In this document: positions 12,601 to 25,245 of the stretch, piece by piece
How the letters are laid out: every line of letters begins with the position of its first letter
How positions within the stretch are numbered: the first letter of the stretch is position 1
Assembly (NCBI GenBank): GCA_951406725.2
Contig: OX597818.1
Span: 70,308,001 to 70,372,000, forward strand
Length of the DNA stretch: 64,000 nucleotides
Origin: Octopus vulgaris
Lineage: Eukaryota
Direction: 5' to 3'
Notes under the pieces: generated by a model
Database searches by the model: none
What the model saw: the letters and a program-made list of their open reading frames with translations, nothing else
What the model was told of the DNA's origin: nothing
Program-made: the position numbers and the translations under genes

Positions 12601-12734
12601 GGTTAAAAGATGTTACCAAAGGGATATGATACACTTATGCATGTATGTATGTCATTATTCAGTTTATTTCAAGATTACTTGCCAATAGAGAAAGAATCAA
12701 TGTATGTATGTTTGTATACACACATATATACACA

Positions 12735-12807
<73 letters not shown>

Positions 12808-12812
12808 CTCTC

Positions 12813-12849
<37 letters not shown>

Positions 12850-12932
12850 TTAATAATAATAATATTAAGGAGTTAATCCAAACTTACAGGGAAAAATTAG
12901 ATTTAGGATTAAATCTAATTTTATAGTATAAG

Positions 12933-12964
<32 letters not shown>

Positions 12965-13143
12965 TAAATTAGTAGAGATAAAACGACTATTAGGCAAATC
13001 AAACAGTGAAAATCATAAACCAATACATAGAAATAAATTAATTAATAAAAAGTATATAAAATAAAATTCAAAATTTAAAATATTTAAATTAAAGTGAAAA
13101 TTTTAAAGATTATTTAAAATAATAATTTATACTTATAAATTTT

Positions 13144-13199
<56 letters not shown>

Positions 13200-13717
13200 C
13201 ATGAAAATAAACATGTATAAATAATTATACAAGGAAATCCTTTCTTTGTCTAAACCATCAAGGTATTCTACTGGTTTGAAAAGTGTTTCTATTTAAAATG
13301 TTTCATTGAACTGTAGCAGTTGTCTCTGCAAAAAGCAATGAGTTCTGACTTCTGTTTAAGGAAGGATCCTTAGCAAATGATATTCCCTATTTCCCAAATG
13401 TGTATAATAGGTATGGCTTCTTGCTTTCTTACTTTGATTTTGTGTTTTTGCTCTTGATAAGATCTTCTGAGAGATCCAAAACTGTGTGTCAGAGTTCTTT
13501 ACCTAAAAGACTTTATGATTTATTTTCGGACAAATGCAGGAATATTTATTTTATATAGGCGTGCAGTAGTTCATTGTCTCTCAAATCAAGTTTAAAATTT
13601 TCTGTTTGCCCAAGTAAAATATTGTCAAACCAACGATTCTAACTGCTAAACTGTTTTTGTGGACATGAAGATACACTTGTCAGCATTTATTCCAGCCAAG
13701 GTCATTTTGTGAGAGTT

Positions 13718-13918
13718 AAATAATAATAATGAAATTATTGTATACAGTGCTCATGTGCACCACAACTTGTCAGAAAGTGTGTACAACTGTCTGGAAAGCG
13801 GACAATGTATGAGTCAGATACATGTTTGTGTGTGTATGGAGGGGAGAAAATCAGGTGTAGTGTTGGCGAATCTCAGAAAGCATGGAAGTTCTGAAGGATG
13901 CAGTGCTCCGACAACTGT
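13718..13918 (-). mobile_element. CR1/Jockey-group LINE 3' end fragment
   Basis: Minus strand SCRSTASFRTSMLSEIRQHYT* followed by a short UTR ending ...GCACTGTATACAATAATTTC(ATT)n. Confidence 0.6.
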
Positions 13919-16900
13919 TGTAATGAATTGTTGCCAAACTTAAAAAAAAAAAATGATGAGAATTCTAGAAGGTGCTTATAAGTAACCTGAATTTTGACCC
14001 CTCTGAAGAGATTAACTTGAGATGTGACAAGAATTCATGTTAGATAGCATTATGATTTTAAGACAAATCTCTCACAATATGCATTTATATTCTTCTCACA
14101 CATCTTAGACAACACAGAACAGTCATTAAGCAAGTAACACTTACACATTTCTCTGTATATACAAGTTAGATTACATAAATACAGCATCAAAACCTTTTAT
14201 AAATAGTTTTCTCACGTTGAACTCCTGCTGTTTCTAATTCCCATCAACTTTTAATGGATTTTAATGCGAGTAAAATAATATCAGTTCGAAAACACTGTGC
14301 AATATATTCTATCTTGTTGAGCAACATACATTTCTTATTATAAATGATAAACCTCAACTTCTGAACTGATCTTGAATCAGTGTAACACTTTTATCAACGT
14401 ATAAGCTTAACACCTCTGTGCTATTTGATGATCCACATTTCACCATTGTCTGAACTCATTATAGTGTATGTGTATAGTATATGCATATATTTGTATACTA
14501 TAGGTAGTAGCATATTTTAAATCCCAGTCAAGAGGTGAAGTGTTTTTCTTTTCTTTCTCCCTCCCTCTCCGACTTGACTATGCAAAGGGATCAAGAAAGA
14601 TATGTTTACCATGCATGGCCATTTTATTGATATGAAAATTCTCTGATTTTAAAGATTCTCTGATTTTAAAGCATATCAAAAACAAATCTGTTATAGTGCT
14701 ATATAGCATATTACCAACAGCAAGATAAATTGGGGTGTATATATTTAACCTGTTTGAAATTAGTCAAAAATCTGAGACTGTTCTTGGTTCGATGATAAAA
14801 GCTTCCTGTTTTAAAGATTTCTAAATTAAAACCTTCCATCAAAATTTGATATTCTGTTCAAACACCAGAGAAATAATGACAAAGTTTGCTAAATTCTTTA
14901 TTATATTCAAAATAAATTGAAATAAAGGCAGAGTAGTTTAACAGGAAAATGGTAAGAAAAGAGTTGAATATTTCTGAGACAAACTGATTCCCTGAATTAG
15001 GTGTCGAAACAACAGCCAATTCTCCCTTAGAGACATGGAAAAACAAATGACAGACTGATTAAATAAATATAATCTTAGATCAATTTGAAGTTAAAGAAAC
15101 TAAAGACTGCATAGTCAAGGCTGATTATTATAATCATAAGTCATCACTCATAATTCAGTGTAAACATGGAGCTAAACAAAATGGTACGTAGCTTGCCAGC
15201 GATTGAAATTCTAGTGTTTGACCCAGGAGAGACGCTCTAGTGTCTGATTTGTTAGGAATGAGCCCAACCCCCTTCAGTTCACACTGTATTTTCTTAAAAA
15301 TGTTCTGGACACTTTTGGATAATGGAGTCTCATATGATTACAATAAACATTTATATAGTAATGTTTATATGCCAACAGAATGTGACAGAAAGGATGATGT
15401 TATGGTTGTTTTAGCCCCAGGAAAACACCTTTTCCAGCTGGCTATCGAGACAGTTTGTGTCCATATATATACACATATATATCAATACAATTAAGATTCA
15501 AGTGAATAAGGTACTTAAATTGAAGTACTTTGTTAGGTCTGAATCACATGCAGACTCAACAATATTTCGTGAATATCAGACTTGAAGCATAAGTGCCGGT
15601 CACATGATATTCTTGCAGTGTCTGCAGATAATAAAACCCAGCTGAGGGAAGAAATCTGCTCTTAGCTATTCAGACAGGTACTTTATATTAAAAATACTGT
15701 CTCTAATATTTACAAAACGTAAATTTTAAATTATTCTTTTTAACATATCGGCATTCACATTCCTGGTTACCTTTAATAATACTTCTATGATTGACTGGGC
15801 CTTGCATTCCTTTAGGGAATCCTACTTGTGGTACTCTCTCATGATTTGACCTAAGATAACCTCCGAGTTGAAATGATTATTCTGTGACTTTAACGAGGAA
15901 ATAATTATTTATAATTTTAAATGTTATAACCCAGGAAATTTACTGAGTTATTTATGATTACAATAAGCATCTATTTATGATTACAATAAGCATCTACCCA
16001 TTTCCTAAATGAATTCCTTTCATACACAGAAATAAAAAATATGCTTCTATAGTTACTACTTGAGGTTTTGATATTTTGCACCTCCCCTAAGTACAAAATA
16101 CCTCCATCTAAGATCTATTATTATTTTTTTTTATCTTTATGTACTTTTACTGTAAACCTTACAAATATTTGTAAAACCTTTTTTCACTTTTAGCTTTATT
16201 TCCATTAAATTCTGGTATATCTATTTTTATCTCTAGATTAAAAGAAAGATCTTGTTACAATTTTTTCTATACATATACACCTATATAATTTCTTATATAT
16301 TTTTTATATTATTTTATATCTCTTTATTTATATTAAAGATCTTGTTATAATTTTTCTATATATATATACCTTAATAATTTTTGATATATCTTATATTAAT
16401 TTTATATTTTGTTATATGTTTCTATATTTTTCTTATATTTTTATATTTTATTTTTATAGTTTTTATACTTTTATATATTTTATATTCTTTACAGTGTTTT
16501 TATATATTGTTTTGTATATTTCTTCAAAAATAATATATATCTACAGTTAATATTTTATATACCTTGTCATGTATTTTAAATACATGACATTCCTTATTAG
16601 CTTATGAGCCTAAATTTTAAATTTTTGTAATACACTCCTCTATATATTTTTAAATAATTTTTTCTTCACTTTCATCTAATAATTTTAAATATAATTTATC
16701 TGTCTCCCATACATCTAATTTCTAAATTTATTTCAAAGCTATAACATTATAACTATGCTAAATTGCAACAGTTCCCCTTTTTGTCTATTGTGATTTGATT
16801 ACCACCCCTATTTTATTTTATTTTAGAATTTTATTCCATTATTTCTCAAGGTCCTTAATAAGGTAATGAATCTCAGTAAATTCTGCTCCCTCTGTCTTAC

Positions 16901-17411
16901 TTCTTCTCATTATCATCTCCTCCCCATCGCTCACTCCCTTATTACTACCCTATGCCTCACCCATTTTGTGAAGATTAAGCTGCCATCATATAGTCCCATC
17001 ACTTTTGATAATTTAGTAGGCTGGCCTGGCATTAATTGCATCTCTCACAACGGACCAGTTCACAGATACAACTTACTTCAGATAAAAATCTTCCTCTATT
17101 GTTAGAAGTTTAGATAACTGGGTCACTTGGGTCAGTTATCTCCCCCCACACCTACTATAAACTCTAATAATACCTAAATTCTTCTTTGTTCTGACCAAAC
17201 ATACACCATTCTGATAAGTTCATTTTGCCAACTGAATGGTAACAGGATCAATATAAATATTTTTACTCCATGAATTTGTTTAACTATGTTGAATCATTTG
17301 AACTGTCCTTTATGTTTGAAGATCATGAATTCATCTGAAGAAAATGGTTTCTTTGCAATACTGTAACGTTCTCATTAATCAACTAAATGGCTGTAATGAA
17401 CTGACATCCAC

Positions 17412-17457
<46 letters not shown>

Positions 17458-17949
17458 TCGATCTTCAACAAATCTACTCTGAAATTGTCTGCAACATATT
17501 GCAAAATTCTACTAGCCATTACATCGGATCTACTATTATTTTTAAACAGAGATATTCTGCACACCTAAACTCATTTAAATATGAGGAGATAGCAAATTTA
17601 CCTCCTTAGCCAACCACATACACCAGCTGATAAACAAGAAAATACCATATAGGATAATGCCATAATAGATTCTGATGTCCCATACCAAGGCCAACAGTCC
17701 ATGTGTGGATTCTGCCTGAAATCAATAAAGAACACAAAGCATTTTTTACATGTAAACATAAGTTCTATCATACCTTTAGATTCTTCCATAGATCCAAAGG
17801 CAAGCAAAATCAGCACACATAACACTTGCCTATATACATCCACGGTCATTACAATATACATACGTTTTTTTCTCTTTCATTTATCAGTATAAGTCTCTTA
17901 GAAGCCAGCAAGCTGATATTTTTTTTTCTAATTCTTAATCTCTAATCAT

Positions 17950-18900
17950 TTAAAATTTTTAACTTTTAATTTTTTAATTCTTATTTTTAATTGCATTTTT
18001 AATCGTATATACACCCCTTTAAGTTCGGCATCTATTTTTAGCCATCCCTACTGACCACTGAACTAAATATTCTTTCTGATCACACTAAACCTAGAATTCC
18101 TCTAGTTAATTAATAGCCATAAATGCCTTCCTCCTTCGTTTTACCAAAAGCTTAATGCCCAGCCTCTCACCCTGAACTGACCCCAAGGAAGAATAATACC
18201 AGCATCTTATCTTTATCTTTATTTTTTATTCTTAACTTTGACTTTATATTTCCTTCACCCTCATTCATTCTTTCTCGCTCCTTCCCCTTCTTTTCTCTCT
18301 TTCTCCTCTCTTTTCTATTCCCTCACTCACAACCCACATCTGTCCATCATGATGTCTGTCTTTCTCACTCTATATATCCACGTGGGCCATTTTCATACTA
18401 GCTAACTATTTGATCTATTCCTTCAACATGAATGCAACATTCAAAATACTACCTGGATTTATTTGGGATTATACTTAAGGACCTTCACAGAAGTATGGAC
18501 CAAACTTCATATCCTCCAGAAGATGATGAGATGTGAACTTTATTCTCCTGTCTCTATTCTTCCATCAACTGTTTTGTTTATAAACTCTGAATTCCTTGTC
18601 TGGAACTTTCATACGTACATTGTCTCTGATGATAGAATACCCAGTGTATGGACATACTAGCCTATCACTTGGGATATCCCCGAAACAGCTGTGAGACATC
18701 CAATAATTAATAGATTAATTAACAAATAAATTAATTACCTCAAATTCACCTTACACTAATTAAATATTCTAAATGACTTGAGACACTCACCCTACCTTGA
18801 TTTTTGTTGTTCTTTTTCCTCTGATATTATAAATACCTGCTAACTCAGAAGCCTACGGTAGATCCCTAGCTCCAGCCTCATCTGTGAACTTGGAACATAA
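17950..18900 (+). mobile_element. Degraded Penelope-like fragment with a hammerhead remnant at 18621-18698
   Basis: UGUCU CUGAUGA...GGGAUAUCCCC GAAA CAGCUG UG AGACA; upstream CACACTAAACCTAGAATTCCTCTAGTT (HTKPRIPLV) resembles the PLE RIPLV motif. Boundaries approximate. Confidence 0.5.
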
Positions 18901-19549
18901 TTCCTTCTCCCAGTTGTGAGAGGTCTTTATCTTGCAGGTGCCAGTTCCACATGTTCATACTACTGCCATGCAAAATGCACCCACTCTGGTGCCACACAAA
19001 AGGCACTCATGTTGGTGTCACATAAAAAGCAACCAGTACACTCTGTAAAGTGGCCGGCAGTAGGAAGGACATCTAGCCACAGAAACCATGCCAAACCATG
19101 GAGGATCCTGGACTGCTCTGCAGGTGACCAGCTCCTGTCAAATTGTCCAAATCATAGCAGTATGGAAAACAGACTTTAAACAATGATAATTATATATATA
19201 TGTATATAACAACAACAAAGAAGGTTATAAAGGAATATCAATTCAAGAAAGATGCTTTTGGCCCATCAGTAAATAAAAATACCCAAAAGAGTCTTGTGAT
19301 TGGTATTGCATGGCAGGCAATCCAAAGGGAAAGCCAAAGTCAACGTCCATCACCAGTTAAATTGGTAGACGTTCTGTTGCATTTCTCAGTTAGGATGATG
19401 CTAGGTTTTTACAGAATGAACCTTTAGTATACAGAAAGGATGGGTTATTCACATTTATTTATTTGTCATAGACTTAAATCAAAATCAAAATAGATAAATG
19501 TATAGAACCCATTATTTCTGTTTATTTTATAAGAATAAATGTATATATA

Positions 19550-19596
<47 letters not shown>

Positions 19597-20793
19597 ATGT
19601 GTGTAATAAAGCACTGGAAGCATAAAGAGATACAGTATTTCCAATGCAACACCCAATCTGAGTTCATGATAGTGAAACTGTGGGTTTAGCAAAAAGGGTC
19701 AAATATAATCCAAATAATAAGACAAGGAAAGACTTTAACATATCTTTAACAATCAATAACAATTGTTTCTGTTTCAACACCATATGCATGCATGTGTGTG
19801 TGTGTGTGTGTGTGCATACATATGTCAGTAAAAGAGTATAGAGAAGGTGTGTCCATTTGCTGTGACATTTGTTTGAAAATTGTAAATGTGTTTGGCCATC
19901 ATGCAAACAGTATTATTCATTTCGAGTCTTCCATAAAAAATAAAAAAACAAACAGAAAGCATCTGGTTACGGAGAAATATTAACTTACCTAGATACAGGT
20001 GAAGGTCGTCCAGTAATAGAAAATCTGCATCAAGGAGTTCTGTTTGCATTGAAAAGTGGATGCTAAAACAATGATTGTGATTTTCTCAGGTCAACTGTGA
20101 GAAGCAACTGTCTTTGTTTCAAAATTTCTGATTCAATCAAAACCAGTAGTTTGCACGGCTTGGAAAATGTTGCATTCAGTTTAGCAAAAGATATTTTACC
20201 TGCTTAAAACAGCAACATTATTTGGTATGGAACAAGTGTTGGTAGGTTCAATATACTCCAGGTTCTTTGAGAAATGGCATTGATATCAATGTGATGACAG
20301 CTTTTGGCATGTTGCCATCATCAAGTTGTGTCTGCTTAGCACCATTATTGTCTTGAGAGGTCATTGCTTGCAGTAAAAGGGGAAAATATCACGTTTCTAG
20401 GGAAGGGTGAAGATGTGATAAAACGATGAGTTAATACTAATCAATCATAAAGTATAATCGTGATTTAAAGAGGTGCCTGGCAGAAAAACTATCATTTGGC
20501 ATCGTAGCAAAGTGAGTGTCGGTAGGGGCTGGCCTAAAGAACACAAACAAACAAACGATATTTCTAAATGCCTCCATTAAAGGAAGTTTTACTTGGAAAA
20601 CTATCTTCAGAATGATTCCTCATAAAAAATGTCTTATTTAAGATGACAGTGGAATCAAACTGTTTCACTGATGTGACATTGTTGGCTGTAGTTTTGCTTA
20701 AAAGTTTACATAAAGGCAGCACTTTAGCATTTGACTGGCAGAAGATGACATGTGAGACTTTAGGTATCATGTCAGTGTTTGCGCACAAGTATG

Positions 20794-20825
<32 letters not shown>

Positions 20826-22328
20826 ACCATTCATGCAGTTCTTACATAACCTATCCCATCTCAAATTTCCAGTCTTCTGACAGATTCAGAAGGTTATGAT
20901 GACCACTCCTGTTTATCATTACAGACATTGTTAAATTGAAATAAACAGCAGATCTCAAAGGGTTAAGTACAAAATATGTCAAGTATCTTTGGTTAAGTAT
21001 AAAATGTAGTCTCTTCGGTTGTAATGGTTGAGTCACAGCAAACTCAGTTGTTGTTTAGGCCAAGGTCAGCTGTGACTAAGCACACCACATGATCACAATC
21101 CCTTCAGTTGTGACAATCTTGCTTTGTTGTGGCCCTTGGCTTTGCTAGCTCCTCTCAAGTCATCAAACTTAGCCGGCATAGGAAATGGACATTAAATGAT
21201 GATGATGATGAGGATGAGGATGATGATGATGATGATGGCAGCGGTTGTTGTTGTTGTTGTTGTTGTTTTTTAGAGTATATTTTACTTTGTTTTTGGTATT
21301 TTATCCTGGGCCTCTTAGTTTAGTGAGAGAAAGAAAGGAGGGCATTTTCAAATTGGAGCCCTAACAGCAAATATTTATAACCAAGGGGAATCCACCAAAG
21401 AAACACAAGGGCCAAGAAGCAGCATAAAACTGGGTGACAGGTCAAAATATTAGCAGGATTTGAACTCAGAATGCAGTGAGCACAACAAATAACACAAAAC
21501 ATCTCAAACTTTTCTGTCAGTCCACCAGCTTAATGAATATTTTATTGACCCCAGAAGGATAAAAGCCAAAGTAGACCTTAATGAGTTTTGAACTCAGAAT
21601 GCTGCAATAACTGCAACAGCTGTTACACAACTGCATCAAATAAATATTATTCATACATGTCTATGCATAATTATTATTTTCTTTTTTGTGTGTGTGAGCA
21701 AAAGTCATAAATGTCTGACAGATATCATTTATTTGTAAATATCTGGGAAAAACCTATATGTCAATGTAACTTTTATAATTTTTACTAAAATATTGAACAT
21801 AGACAAAACAGAAACATATATATATAAAAACAATGATTCTTCAGAGATTTTTAATGTGTTGCATCGAATGAATGTGTGAACCAGCTTACCTATGAACCCT
21901 TTTGATATCAACCCACTCGAGGCTGCTGTAGATCTTTGATACAAAGTTTATTCTAAAGTTATCTAAATTAAAATCTTCCATAAATTTTTTTTTCAAGTTC
22001 CTCACATAAAACTTCACAACGACAGTGGTTTTACTGAATTCTGCAGGATTTCCAAAATAAGCAGAAACAAAAGTGGTATCTCTTGGTAGAAATATAACAA
22101 ACTGACTAAACATCTATTTGAAATATGTTGTGGTTAAGAAGATTCAGCAAGTTTGAGCTAGTTTTATTCAGTCATTGTCCTCTGAGACTGATCTCACTTG
22201 GATCTTCCATTTCTGGAGGAATCCAGACATAGAAACCAAACCATAAACGAACTATAGAAACAAAAGTTAGCCTATCAATCCTGGATTCAAACTACATTCC
22301 TTTTATTGGTAAACTAAGCATAAGAACA

Positions 22329-22639
22329 GTTCTATGTTTAAGAGATGAGGAATTATGGACATTATTTACATTTGGCAGATATTTGTCCTCATCTTGTTGT
22401 TTGTTGTTAACCCAATGTTTCAGCTGATATACCCTCCAGCCTTCATCGGGTGTCTTGGGGTCAGTAGCCTGCGCTCTTAACCACTATGCCATATGCCCAC
22501 GAGCATACCTTAGGAATGAGAACCCAGGTTCGAAATTTCTCCAAGACACCTGATGAAGGCTGGAGGGTAGATCAGCCGAAATGTTGTGTTAACAACAAAC
22601 AAAATGAGGACAAATATCCGTCAAATGTAAATAATGTAC
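22329..22639. mobile_element. Palindromic non-autonomous element: tRNA-like head plus two mirror-image hammerhead-like motifs, flanked by a 13-bp TSD
   Basis: Inverted arms ~22359-22460 and ~22539-22637; direct repeat AAGCATAAGAACA at 22316-22328 and 22640-22652; CTGATGAAGGCTG...CAGCCGAAA; A-box-like TGGCATAGTGG on the minus strand. Confidence 0.8.
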
Positions 22640-22907
22640 AAGCATAAGAACATTTCTTATCCCCTTTTGGTCAATGAAAAGCTATAATCCTGCCTTGCCT
22701 TGGGCCCTCAACCTCTTATTTGGAGAAGTAGGAATGCTGTTGTGATGTAAATCATGAATTAGGACTTTTTAAGAATTTAGCAGAGCCCATTCCACTTGGT
22801 AACAGGTTAACAATGCCTCATTTTATCAGCTCTTATGACACTCAGCAAACAGTTACTTCTCACAACAAATCTGTCCATTCAGTGTGTATATGCTAATGAA
22901 TGAATGA

Positions 22908-22946
<39 letters not shown>

Positions 22947-23047
22947 CATATAAGTGTGTGAGTGTGTGTGTTTAAATTGCTTTACAAACTAAGTTCACAT
23001 CTTTCTGTAACTCAAGAAAAAAATGGAAACAAACAGACTTAGGCTTG

Positions 23048-23431
23048 GCTGAAACCTCATGGTTCTGGGTTCAGTCCCTCTGCATGGCACCATGGGTAAG
23101 TGTCTTCTATTATAGTGCCAGGCCAACTAAAGCCTTGTTAGTGGATTTGGTAAATGGAAATTGTAAGAAGCCTGTCATACATGTGTGTGAATGTGTGTCT
23201 GTTTGCTTTTGTGTTTGTCCCCCCCACCACCACCACCACCAACTGGAAAGCAATGTTGATGTGTATACATCCCTATAACTTAACAGTTTGGTTAAAGAGA
23301 TCAATATTACAAGCACCACACTCCAAAACAAGTAAGCCCTAGGGGTCAATGAATTCAGCTAAAATTTCTTCAAGGTGGTGCCCCAGCATGGCCACAGTTT
23401 AAATGACTGAATCAAATAAAAGAGATAAAAG
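23048..23431 (+). mobile_element. Same CORE-like SINE family, diverged copy
   Basis: Colinear with 7555-7938. Confidence 0.8.
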
Positions 23432-23840
23432 GGAAAATAGATGACGTGCCAAAGCAATGTAATCATATTATAAGAAATAAATCTACAGCTTTATAAGTTC
23501 AAGTGAAAGAGGCTTTTTCTTTCTCCAACGGTGAAGGAGGAGGTGTCCTTCTTATGGAAACGTAAACTGCAATAGACTGTTAATACAGCAGTTCCTTACA
23601 AGGTTAACTAGTAAGATATAATTAAATGTGTGAGATGAGTTATTGTTTAAATTGTTTTTATTGTTGTTATATTTTTTATCACACCATTGACCTCGTCTTT
23701 AAAGATGAAACATTTTTATTTGTCAAATTTTTATATCTACGCAATGTTTTGATCAAATTGATGATCAGAGATCAAACTGATCAAAATGTGGTAAATATTA
23801 AAATAAAATACTTCATCTCTAAACATGAGGTTAATAGCCC

Positions 23841-23893
<53 letters not shown>

Positions 23894-24799
23894 TGATAAT
23901 CTTATTGGTAAAGATTAAATTGTTCTTGAAAAAGAAAATTTTAAGAAAGTAATTTTCTGCTAAGTTACAAAACCATTTTATTAGAGAGACACTTGAAAGT
24001 AAATGAAAAATCTTGTTTAGTATCAATCATTATTTCTTGCAACTCATTGACTGTCAGTCATTTTCCTACCCTCACAGAATGGGAAATAAGAATAACTGAT
24101 TGAGGTTAAAGCAATTAATGTTCTATTCAAGCTCTTACTTGTTTAATAATTCAAGAAAAAATGTGAATATAGAGACATCAAGGTATTTAATGAGAATATT
24201 CTTAATTGTGCACACACACACACACACACAAAACTAACACACTAACACACTGGTATTAATTTTCTGGAAACTAAAAATTTACACTGCTGCTTCTCAAAGT
24301 TTCATTACCATCATCATTATCCCCGTCTCATCATTTACCATCTGGCTTCCCATGCTGGCACAGATTGGACAGGATGTGATAAGTCAAAAGACTTCATCAT
24401 GTTCCGTTATCTACTTTGGCATAGTTTCTATTCCTGGATTCCTGTCCCTAACACGAATGATTTTGCAGTCTGCTGAGCATTTTTTCAAGGCTCCTAAATC
24501 TATGGGAGGAGAGAAGAGAGAGTCAGTAATGATCTAAGATGGAAGGATAAGGGATGATAAGAGAAGAAGACAGAGTGGAATATGGCAAGGATGAGAAAAG
24601 AGTAAAACCTCAGACTTGGTGATGGTACAATGCTTCCTTCTTCCTTATCTTTCGGTAAATAATTAAATAAAATTTGACACCTTTCAGGTAGTTCTTTTCT
24701 ATTTGGCCATCCCTAACATGCATACAGGTGTGCAGATATGCATGCTGCAGGTACCTATGTATGTACGTATGTATGTATGTCTCTTCTTTTTTTTAATTA

Positions 24800-25245
24800 T
24801 TATAAATCTTCCACTAAGGTTTCCAACAAAGATACTAGACTCCATCTTTGGCATGTAGCTAACACAGACAAATTCCCATTTGGAACTTGAGAAAAGTCTT
24901 GCATATTTTTACTGTTCCACTTACAGATTGCACTTGTAATATACGAATCAGTGAGTCAGTTTCTCTTTCTGAAAATCCCAGTTTATCCAGATTTTCCTTT
25001 AAGCATTTATAACAAAACCTTGTGCTCCAATTATCATTGGTATGAATATAAATTCAAAGTCTGGATATGGAAGCTGCAGGTTTCGAAGCAGTTGTCCATA
25101 GATATCCTCTATTTCCTTGATTTTCAAAGAGATATTTATATCTGCAGGGCAGCTAACCTCTATGATGGTACATACCTTTGCCCCTCTGTCCCAAACAACA
25201 ATATCCGACTTGTTATGCTTACATTTGACAGAAGTTTTGATAGGA
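24800..25245 (-). mobile_element. Second, more diverged R4/Dong-like RLE fragment
   Basis: Minus strand reads IPIKTSVKCKHNKSDIVVWDRGAKVCTIIEVSCPADINISLKIKEIEDIYGQLLRNLQLPYPDFEFIFIPMIIGAQG, homologous to the 11.6-12.0 kb copy. Confidence 0.85.

Larger units (their letters stand above)
1..22251 (-). pseudogene. Candidate decayed exons, downstream part (22198-22251, 22006-22040, 21890-21933, 20846-20908, 17454-17564, 15771-15881, 1-384)
   Basis: Splice-like borders such as CTAACTTTTGTTTCTATAG| and |GTGAGA, |GTGAGG, |GTAAGC; protein-like frames with isolated premature stops and a frameshift. Confidence 0.4.

Noticed and set aside
13228-14450. Callable CDS on the minus strand
   Set aside because: Protein-like composition, but stop density in the best frame is no lower than expected for AT-rich DNA; only mentioned as possible decayed exon.
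22461-22498. tRNA gene
   Set aside because: Only a 5' half is present and no cloverleaf can be completed; SINE heads elsewhere are likewise not tRNA genes.
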